Part shown: in pieces, positions 55,053 through 63,300 of the stretch | Position numbering within the stretch: position 1 is the first letter of the stretch | How the letters are laid out: each line of letters opens with the position of its first letter | Origin: Paludibacteraceae bacterium | GTDB taxonomy: Bacteria > Bacteroidota > Bacteroidia > Bacteroidales > Paludibacteraceae | Reading direction: 5' to 3' | Assembly: GCA_024401645.1 (NCBI GenBank) | Contig: JAKSKR010000003.1 | Span: forward strand, 11,064-75,063 | Length of the DNA: 64,000 bases | Notes under the pieces: model-generated | What the model was told of the DNA's origin: nothing | The model's input: only the letters and a program-made list of their open reading frames with translations | Database searches by the model: none | Made by a program: the position numbers and the translations under genes

Positions 55053-56465
55053 CAGTTTGTTATACTTTTTTGCGAATAACGGATAAGCTCCCTTGGTGTC
55101 TTTTATGTTGTCTACAATGTTGAAAATTTCAAGCCGGTCGCCTTCTTGTAGTGGTGTGTGGGGTATAATCAGGCACTTGCCGCAGTGCCAGTTGCCACGT
55201 CCATCGCGTTCCACGCACATCATTTGGTGCTCAAAGGCATCCTTGTTCAGCTCGCTGCTGCCAATTGGCTCCATCTGTTCTTCCTCTCTCGGTATGATGT
55301 CGTAGTAGTTCTTGCCTCCGCCAACCGGTATGTTTTCTTTCGGGTGACTAGCTGGTTTGTTCTTCTTTTCACTTCTTTCACGAATGAAGTTTTTTCCGTT
55401 CGATTCGCTCTTTTTCACCTTTTGGCACCATTTCATGTTCTTGTCTCTGTCGGGGTGCTTGCCGATGTATTTGCCATACCAGATTATGGCATCGCATAGT
55501 TCAAGGGCGAAACTGAAAAGTTGACGGCTACCTCCAACAGTTGCAAAATAGTCGACAACGTTTTTCGACTCGTCTACCGTTTCGTCTGCCGTGTGGGTGC
55601 ATGCGTTGGCGGTGTTTAGTATCTGTTGCAGGTTGTTGCTTAAGATTTCTGGGAATAGGTGGTCGCCTAGGGCATACGATCCGTATCTGACACCAAGGTG
55701 CTTGGTGTCTTCCCCCGATAGGTAACGTAGCGATTCTTGTAGGTTTATTTTACCATTTATGGCGCATTCATCGGGTAAAAGTCCGGTTTGGTTGCAGGCT
55801 CTGAATAGGTATTCAATAACTTGCCTTAATTGGGTAAAACTAGACAGGCTGAACTCGGTGGTAACGGTTTCGGGGAAGTGCATGGCTTTCAGCACTGGGG
55901 TGAGTAGGTTGGCAACTTCCTTGTCGAGCATGTTCTGGCGTTCTTCAATCGTTTTGAAGACGTCTGGGTATAGTGCACGAATCTTGGTAGTGTAACTCGA
56001 ATCGTTGGAATGGCGAATATTGGAGAAAAGTAAGTCCAAATCGGTGGTTCCATCGGTGTTTCGCTTGTCTTTGAAGTAGAGTAGTTGTCCCCAGTCTTCG
56101 TTGTGCTTTTTGCGGTCGTCGTTGTTCACCATTTGCAAGACCAGGTCAAACTGTTCCATGGTGCCGGCACTTAATACGTACCATGGCAGCTCGGCATGTT
56201 TTTCGCCGAATATCTTTGCCAGGCGTGGCATAACGTAGGCCAGGAAGGTCTTGTCTTCCACGCTGTCGGCGCTAAACTCGCAGTTGGCATCGAGTATGAT
56301 GGCAGAAAACTCGTTGAAATGGTCTTTTAACTCACTTTCTGCAGCCTCCCAGTTCGGAAAGCATGGTAGGTCTATGTTATATTGCTCTGCCATCATTTGC
56401 GTACTTTCTACGATGGAATGGTCATTGTCGACCCAAAGCACTTTCATTATTTCGTTTGTGTCCAT
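55044..56465 (-). CDS. Receiver (REC)-domain protein with uncharacterised helical domain, Lys-rich linker and C-terminal beta-rich (OB/cold-shock-like?) module
   Basis: 473 aa. REC-like KVLWVDNDH (D13/D15), AIILDANC (D59) and PWYVLSAG (S99). The helical region QLRQVIEYLFRA...LQQILNTANACTHTAD...FSFALELCDAIIWY is reminiscent of DUF4145. The C-terminus reads GNWHCGKCLIIPHTPLQEGDRLEIFNIVDN..KGAYPLFAKKY. Confidence 0.7.
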   Translation of the reverse strand: MDTNEIMKVLWVDNDHSIVESTQMMAEQYNIDLPCFPNWEAAESELKDHFNEFSAIILDANCEFSADSVEDKTFLAYVMPRLAKIFGEKHAELPWYVLSAGTMEQFDLVLQMVNNDDRKKHNEDWGQLLYFKDKRNTDGTTDLDLLFSNIRHSNDSSYTTKIRALYPDVFKTIEERQNMLDKEVANLLTPVLKAMHFPETVTTEFSLSSFTQLRQVIEYLFRACNQTGLLPDECAINGKINLQESLRYLSGEDTKHLGVRYGSYALGDHLFPEILSNNLQQILNTANACTHTADETVDESKNVVDYFATVGGSRQLFSFALELCDAIIWYGKYIGKHPDRDKNMKWCQKVKKSESNGKNFIRERSEKKNKPASHPKENIPVGGGKNYYDIIPREEEQMEPIGSSELNKDAFEHQMMCVERDGRGNWHCGKCLIIPHTPLQEGDRLEIFNIVDNIKDTKGAYPLFAKKYNKLNF

Positions 56466-56478
56466 GGTTCTTTTGTTT

Positions 56479-57825
56479 TTAGGTGTAAGAAATGCAGTTT
56501 TGGAAGGTTAGCACGTAGGCAAAGGGGTATTCCGAGGCATCGTTGCAGTCAATGGTGGCTGTTCCGCCAAATCGGCTCATGAGGTTCCTTATTTGGAAGG
56601 CGCCCAGGCCGTTGTGTCCATCGGTGCCTACGGCTGTCGATCCGCCATACATGAATACTTTTTCTTCCGACATGCCTTTTTGCAACGGTTTGCCGTTGTT
56701 GGCAATGGTCAGGGTGCAGGTGCTGCCTATGCTGTTGTATTCTATGCGTATAATGTTGTTCTTGTCTTCAATGCCCGAAAATCCGTGCGAGCAGGCGTTG
56801 CTCACAATGTTGTCGAGTATTTGGTTGAGTGCTTGCTTCGGAAAGTCGAGGTAAACGAGTGGATCGCCTTTGTGAAGCACGCTTTCGCCTTTCATTTTAA
56901 AGTCATCGGTTGCATATTTGCCCGTTTCATCGAACTTATAGGTAAACATTGGACTTTGGTGACTGTTGATGTATTCGCCGATGAATGGGGCAAGAGCAAT
57001 CTTTTCTTTCTCCATTCCATCGCCAATGGTGAAGGTGTTTATCTGGTTCGAGATGATGTTCAGCGTTTCGCCTATGCGGTTGTAGATTTCCCCTACGGCC
57101 ACAGGACGAATCTTGCCGGTTGTTGTGTCATCTTTCAGCACACCGTTGTTTTCTTGCCTTGCTTTCTGCAATGTGTTCCACCAATTGTTCAGGTTGAATA
57201 TGGTTTGTCCAACGGCATGCTTTTTCAGGTGAATGTCCTTTTGGTAATTCTCGAAATCGGCCTGTTTCTGGCTCATCAGCTCTTGCAGAAGGTCTAGCAT
57301 GTCGTTCTTCACTACCATGTCTTGCATTTCAAGGCTTGGTAAGTCTATGCGTAACGAAAGTAAGTCGTTTTCGTCGATTAAATCGCTTATTTTATGTGGC
57401 TGCTCTGTCTCTTTTATGTTGCGCTTCAACTGCTGGCTCATATCGTCCGACACCAGTTCTCGCAACAGGTAGTCTTCGTTGACGACATTGTGGTTTTTTA
57501 TGTGAAAGGCAAAAAACGGTATGCGGTCTACGTAAACGCCTTCTTCCAAGCCCTTCATGCTGCTAATGCGTGCCACCTTGAAGTGGTCGCCGCTAACCAC
57601 TGCCATAAGGCATGGCGATTTAATCACGGTTTTAACGCGGTAGTTGGCAGGACCAATATTCTTTGCTGTAATGTACGACAGCATGTACTGACTCGTAAAG
57701 TCAACCAGCGACATGCATGGCTTGTTGTCTACGGGTACGGCCAGGCTTAATCGTTCAAGCGCAATTAGGTCGATTAAATCGCCCAATTTGTAGGCTTGTG
57801 TTTCTAATTCATGCTCTCTTTCCAT
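56479..57825 (-). CDS. Histidine kinase with N-terminal type I R-M HsdS-like target-recognition domain
   Basis: 448 aa. TRD-like aa ~10-175 (YKLGDLIDLI; LMAVVSGDHFKVARISS; NEDYLLRELVSDDMSQQLKR; LRIDLPSLEMQDMVV). H-box-like DIHLKKHAVGQTIFNL (H199/H203). N box LNQILDNIVSNACSHG. G boxes IANNGKPL and DGHNGLGAFQIRNLM. Confidence 0.75.
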   Translation of the reverse strand: MEREHELETQAYKLGDLIDLIALERLSLAVPVDNKPCMSLVDFTSQYMLSYITAKNIGPANYRVKTVIKSPCLMAVVSGDHFKVARISSMKGLEEGVYVDRIPFFAFHIKNHNVVNEDYLLRELVSDDMSQQLKRNIKETEQPHKISDLIDENDLLSLRIDLPSLEMQDMVVKNDMLDLLQELMSQKQADFENYQKDIHLKKHAVGQTIFNLNNWWNTLQKARQENNGVLKDDTTTGKIRPVAVGEIYNRIGETLNIISNQINTFTIGDGMEKEKIALAPFIGEYINSHQSPMFTYKFDETGKYATDDFKMKGESVLHKGDPLVYLDFPKQALNQILDNIVSNACSHGFSGIEDKNNIIRIEYNSIGSTCTLTIANNGKPLQKGMSEEKVFMYGGSTAVGTDGHNGLGAFQIRNLMSRFGGTATIDCNDASEYPFAYVLTFQNCISYT

Positions 57826-57907
57826 AACTTATCAAATACTATTGTCCTTACCTAAAGGTAGCTAATTATTGTTGGATTAAAAAATTGAAAGAGGCTTTTC
57901 TTTTTTG

Positions 57908-57930
57908 TTTTTTAACAGCTTCTAAATGTT
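57908..57930 (+). repeat. Right copy of the 23-bp direct repeat bracketing the kinase/receiver module
   Basis: TTTTTTAACAGCTTCTAAATGTT contains the stop codon (cta, 57922-57924) of the MetH activation-domain gene. Confidence 0.8.
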
Positions 57931-58857
57931 GTGCATGAGCCATTTCCCCAACTCGTTTCTGTCGCTTCCACTTCGTTTCGCATAGTCGTCGAGTTGGTCG
58001 TTTCCCACTTTACCTACCATAAAGTAGAACGACTTTGGGTGCGAGATGTAGAGTCCGCAAATTGATGCGTTTGGCTGCATGGCTCCGTTCTCGGTGATGT
58101 GCATGTCAATCTCTTCCATCTTTAAAAGTTGGTTCACTCTAAAAATTATGCGTTGGTCGGGTATGGCTGGGTAGCCAATGGCTGGACGTATGCCTTTAAA
58201 AGGTAACTTCATCAGTTCCTTCGGGGTAAAGCTTTCGTCGGGGGCATAGCCCCAGTAGGTGGTGCGTACTTGCTGGTGTAGCCATTCGGCTGTTGCTTCT
58301 GCAAGTCGGTCGGCAACACTCTTAATCAGTATCGAGTTGTAAAGGTCGCCTTCGGTTTTGTAACGCTCGCTCAACTGGTCGGCACCGTCTATGCATAGAG
58401 AAAAAAGACCGATGAAATCGGATTCGGGCGATACGAAATCGGCTAGCGAGATGCACTTGCCTACCAGTTCGCTAGGGTGCTGTTGCCTTAACATGGGCAA
58501 GTAGATATCTTCGCCATCTTCGGGCGTGAGCATAATGCCTTCGTTAGCACTATGGGCAGGACTGAACACGATTCGTGCCCTAATGTGTAGAAGGTTTTCA
58601 TCCTTTGCTCTTTTTAGCATGTTCCTGGCGTCCACAAACAGGTTCATCGCTTCGCGTGCCTTGTCGGTTCCATACTTGCGGTTGGTTACCAAAAAATTCT
58701 GTAAGCATTGCTCACATCCGCAAAAATTATCCAATCCATCGAATCTTCCAGGCAGTCCCCATGCCTTAAAGAAGAATACCCAGTCTATGTAAGGAGCAAC
58801 GGTCGAAATTTCTATGTTTTCAAACGTTTTTGTTCCTTTTAATCGGGGAATATTCAT
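57922..58857 (-). CDS. Standalone methionine synthase (MetH) AdoMet-binding reactivation domain protein
   Basis: 311 aa with ...FKGIRPAIGYPAIPDQ... and ...ASICGLYISHPKSFYFMVGKVGNDQLDDYAKRSG.....L.KWL, which parallel the E. coli MetH C-terminal activation domain. Confidence 0.85.
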   Translation of the reverse strand: MNIPRLKGTKTFENIEISTVAPYIDWVFFFKAWGLPGRFDGLDNFCGCEQCLQNFLVTNRKYGTDKAREAMNLFVDARNMLKRAKDENLLHIRARIVFSPAHSANEGIMLTPEDGEDIYLPMLRQQHPSELVGKCISLADFVSPESDFIGLFSLCIDGADQLSERYKTEGDLYNSILIKSVADRLAEATAEWLHQQVRTTYWGYAPDESFTPKELMKLPFKGIRPAIGYPAIPDQRIIFRVNQLLKMEEIDMHITENGAMQPNASICGLYISHPKSFYFMVGKVGNDQLDDYAKRSGSDRNELGKWLMHNI

Positions 58858-59801
58858 TATAGTCTTGCCTTGAAGTCGTTAGCAAATTCCTTCGAAATGT
58901 AGTTCTCTAGGCTGGTGCATACGAATGAGCTGAACTCTACGCCGCAGTTAATCACCTTGTCCCACACTTCCACCGGTACGCGGCCCATCTTAAGGTCGTC
59001 GTAGCTAATGTTGTAGCGGAGCAATCCGTAAATCACTCCAGCGTTAAAGCTGTCGCCAGCGCCAACTGTACTTACAGGTGTAACCACCTTTGCTGCGTAA
59101 TTCTTTGGCGCGTTGCCGTTGCTGTATAGGGTGATGCCGTCGGCCCCCCTTGTGTAGATGAAGTTCTTGGTGAAGAAATCGATGTGCTCCTTATAGGTAA
59201 GGTCGCTGTCGTTTTCATTGAATAGGTAGTTAAAGTCTTCGTCGCTGCCTTTAAAGATGCTCACGTACTCCATGTTTTCAAGGAAGGCAGGCATCAGGTG
59301 GCGAACTACGTTTGCAAGGTTCTTGCGGAAGTTTACGTCGTAGTAAACGATGGCCTTTCGGTCGCGCGCTAGGCTCAACAGTTCAATCAGTGGGGTACGC
59401 AGCTCTTCATTAAGGGCAAAGAACGAACCTATAAGAATAATGTCGTTCTCCCTAATGTCGGGCATGGTGTAGTCTAGTCGGCCATAGTTAGGGTAGTCGG
59501 TGTAGAACATGTACTCTGGTTTCTCGTTCTGGTCGAGGAAGGCGAGTGCTACTGCCGACTTGTGCTCGTGTGGCAAGGTGCACATCAGTTCGGTCGATAC
59601 GCCATTGTCGTTCATGCATTCGCGAACCATTTCACCGACCTTGTCGTTGCCGACTTCGCTGATGAATAATGGGTGTTCGCCAATTCGGCCTAATGAAACC
59701 ATTGCGTTGAATACCGAACCTCCGGGCTTTCCGCTAATGGGTTGTCCGTTCTTAAAGATGATGTCGAATACGGTTTCGCCTATTCCTATTACCTTGCGCA
59801 T
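58857..59801 (-). CDS. PfkB-family carbohydrate kinase (fructokinase-like)
   Basis: MRKVIGIGETVFDIIF....GKPGGSVFNAMVSLGR and the C-terminal VSTVGAGDSFNAG signature. I place the start at ATG 59801. The stop overlaps the next gene's start (TAATG). Confidence 0.85.
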   Translation of the reverse strand: MRKVIGIGETVFDIIFKNGQPISGKPGGSVFNAMVSLGRIGEHPLFISEVGNDKVGEMVRECMNDNGVSTELMCTLPHEHKSAVALAFLDQNEKPEYMFYTDYPNYGRLDYTMPDIRENDIILIGSFFALNEELRTPLIELLSLARDRKAIVYYDVNFRKNLANVVRHLMPAFLENMEYVSIFKGSDEDFNYLFNENDSDLTYKEHIDFFTKNFIYTRGADGITLYSNGNAPKNYAAKVVTPVSTVGAGDSFNAGVIYGLLRYNISYDDLKMGRVPVEVWDKVINCGVEFSSFVCTSLENYISKEFANDFKARL

Positions 59802-60248
59802 AATGTTGTCTTTTTTATGTGTTTTAAATAGTTTGGGCAAATATAAGCAAATTGTTTGCCTTTCATCTCTCTTTTTGGTGCTTTTTGTTTTGTAGCTCAC
59901 GGTTTGTGTGCCGTGTTTTACATTTTGTAAGTGTTTATGCGTTCTTTTGGTCGCTTTTATGCCTTATTTGTGTTACGTGTTTGCTGTTTTGCCCCATTTT
60001 TTTGACTTTTTTATGCGTTTTGCCGATTTTAGTTTTACAAAATGTCTGTGTTTTACTTTTATTTCTGTCAGTTTGAATTTATTTCTCTCTGTTGATAAAT
60101 TTTTCGAAAGTTTTAATCTATTAGGAATTTCTTCCTTATTGCTTATAGTTTTTTAGTGTTTTGGCTTAATTTTTCTATAAAATGAAAGTTAGTGCCATTT
60201 TTTACTATTTATCAACATGCCAATTCCTATCTTCATTGTATATAATAG

Positions 60249-60256
60249 TAATTTTG
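60249..60256 (+). promoter_or_regulatory. Candidate -7 box (TAATTTTG) for gltB; a second candidate TAAATTTG lies at 60288-60295
   Basis: Exact TAnnTTTG matches 97 and 58 nt upstream of ATG 60353. Confidence 0.4.
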
Positions 60257-60352
60257 CATTCGGAATGTCGAGAGTATATTCCATAAGTAAATTTGTAAAC
60301 TAACAAGATTTTATAACCGGCTGTTAAGATAGAGCCATAAAAGAAACAAATT

Positions 60353-63300
60353 ATGCAAAGCAATTATCCTACGCAAGGGGGACTTTACAATCCCGAGTAC
60401 GAGCACGATGCGTGTGGTGTCGGAATGTTGGTAAACATCCACGGCAACAAGAGTCACGAGCTCGTGGATTCAGCATTGAAGGTTCTTGAAAACATGCGCC
60501 ATCGTGGTGCTGAAGGAGCCGACAACAAGACCGGTGACGGTGCCGGCATCATGTTGCAGATTCCTCACGAATTCATTCTTCTTCAAGGTATTCCTGTTCC
60601 TGAAAAGGGAAAGTATGGTACAGGTCTCGTTTTCTTGCCAAAGGATAAGAAGAAGCAGCAAGAAATCCTTAACATCATCATCGAGGAAGTTGAAAAGGAA
60701 GACCTCACGCTTATGCATTTGCGCGACGTCCCTACCAACTCTGAATGCTTGGGTAAGGCTGCTGCATCTGTTGAACCTGACATTAAGCAGATTTTCATTA
60801 CCGGCGTAACTAACGACAAGCTCGATATTTTCGACCGTATCCTTTACGTTATCCGTAAGAAGATTGAAAATCGTGTTAAGGACGAAGATTTCTATATTGT
60901 TTCGCTTTCTAGCAAGAACATCATCTATAAGGGTATGCTTACCTCTATGCAGGTTCGCGAATACTTCCCTGACTTGAGCAATAGCTACTTCACCAGTGGC
61001 TTGGCGTTGGTTCACTCTCGTTTCTCTACCAACACCTTCCCTCGCTGGTCTTTGGCACAGCCTTTCCGTCTCCTTTGCCACAACGGTGAAATTAACACCA
61101 TCCGTGGTAACCGTGCTTGGATGGAGGCACGTGAAAGTGTCCTTTCTTCTGAAGCCCTTGGCGACGTTAAGAAGATTCACCCAATCATTCAGCCTGGCAT
61201 GTCAGACTCTGCGTCTCTCGACAACGCTCTCGAGTTCTTCGTAATGTCTGGTATGAGCTTGCCTCACGCAATGGCCATGTTGGTGCCAGAACCATTCAAC
61301 GAAAAGAACCCTATCAGCGAAGACTTGAAGGCATTCTACGAATACCACTCAATCCTTATGGAACCTTGGGACGGCCCTGCTGCCCTCTTGTTCTCTGATG
61401 GTCGTTTCGCTGGTGGTATGCTCGACCGTAACGGTCTCCGCCCTTCTCGCTACCTCATCACTAACAACGACATGATGTTGGTTGCTTCTGAAGTTGGTAC
61501 CATCGAATTCGAACCTTCTGAAATCAAGCAGAAAGGTCGTTTGCAGCCTGGTAAGTTGTTGCTTATCGATACCGAAGAAGGTAAGATCTATTATAACGGC
61601 GAAATTAAGGACGAACTCTGCAACCAGAAGCCTTATCGCCAGTGGTTGTCTACTAACCGTATCGAACTCGACAAGTTGAAGAGTGGACGTAAGGTTAGCA
61701 ACGACGTTGAAAACTACGACCGCAAGTTGCTCCACTTCGGTTTCACTCAGGAAGACATCAAGCGTACCATCGTTCCTATGGCTTCTACTGGTGCCGAACC
61801 GGTTGCTGCAATGGGTAACGATACTCCTCTTGCTGTTATCTCCGAAAAACCTCAGTTGCTCTTCAACTACTTCCGTCAGCAGTTCGCACAGGTAACCAAC
61901 CCTGCTATCGACTCTATCCGTGAAGAGTTGGTTATGAGCCTTACCGAATATATCGGTGCTGTTGGTATGAACATCCTTTCTCCAAGCTCTGACCACTGTA
62001 AGATGGTTCGCTTGCCACAGCCTGTTCTTAACAACACCCAGCTCGACATTTTGTGTAACATCCGTTACAAGGGCTTCAACACCGTTAAGTTGCCTATCCT
62101 CTTCGAAAAGGCAAAGGGCGAATCTGGCTTGAAGGCTGCTATCGACGAAATCTGCAAGAAGGCAGAAGAAAGTGTCGACAACGGTGTTAACTACATCATC
62201 CTTTCCGACCGCGACATCGACGAGGCTCACGCAGCTATCCCTTCTTTGTTGGCAGTAAGTGCTGTTCACCAGTACCTCATCTCTGTTCAGAAGCGTGTTC
62301 AGACTGCTATCATCATCGAGTCTGGTGAAATCCGCGAGGTTATGCACGCAGCCCTCTTGTTGGGTTATGGTGCTTCTGCTCTCTGTCCTTACATGACTTT
62401 CGCTGTCATCAACGACATGATTAAGAAGGGCGAGATCAAGGAAAACTACGAATCTGCTGAAAAGAAATATATCAAGGCTGTCGATAAGAGCTTGCTCAAG
62501 ATCATGGCTAAGATGGGTATCTCTACTATCCGTTCTTACCGTGGTGCCAAGATTTTCGAAAGCATCGGTCTTAGCGAAGATCTTCTTAGCACTTACTTCG
62601 GTACCAAGCAGACCACTATCGGTGGTATTGGTTTGAAGGAAATTGCTCGCGATGCTATCCGCATGCACGACGAAGCTTTCGCTTCTAAGATTAGCCCAGT
62701 TCTTCCAAGCAGCGGTTTGTTCGCTTACCACAAAGACGGTGAAAAGCACGCTTGGAACCCTGAAACTATCGCTAACTTGCAGTTGGCAACACGCTTGAAC
62801 GACTACGCAAAGTATAAGACTTACGCTAAGTTGGTTAACGAGAAGGAAGATCCTTTGTTCATCCGCGACTTCTTCTCTTTCAAGAAGAATCCAATCGACA
62901 TCAACAAGGTCGAACCGGTTGAGTCTATCGTTAAGCACTTCGTAACTGCTGCAATGTCTTTCGGTGCTATCTCTAAGGAAGCTCATGAGGCACTTGCCTT
63001 GGCAATGAACAAGTTGGGTGCTCGCAGCAATACCGGTGAAGGTGGTGAAGACAACGAACGCTTCACTGGCACTTTCGACGGCATCTCGCTTAACTCAAAG
63101 ACCAAGCAGGTTGCATCTGGCCGTTTCGGTGTAACTACCGAATACTTGGTAAATGCAGAAGAAATTCAGATTAAGGTGGCACAGGGTGCTAAACCTGGTG
63201 AAGGTGGTCAGTTGCCTGGTTTCAAGGTCGACGCTGTCATCGCCAAGACTCGTCACTCTATCAAGGGTATCTCTCTTATCTCACCTCCACCTCATCACGA

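Noticed and set aside
59852-60156. 74- and 82-aa plus-strand ORFs rich in Phe/Leu/Cys/Val
   Set aside because: They are artefacts of the T-rich gltB upstream region. There is no start context, and they overlap each other in different frames.
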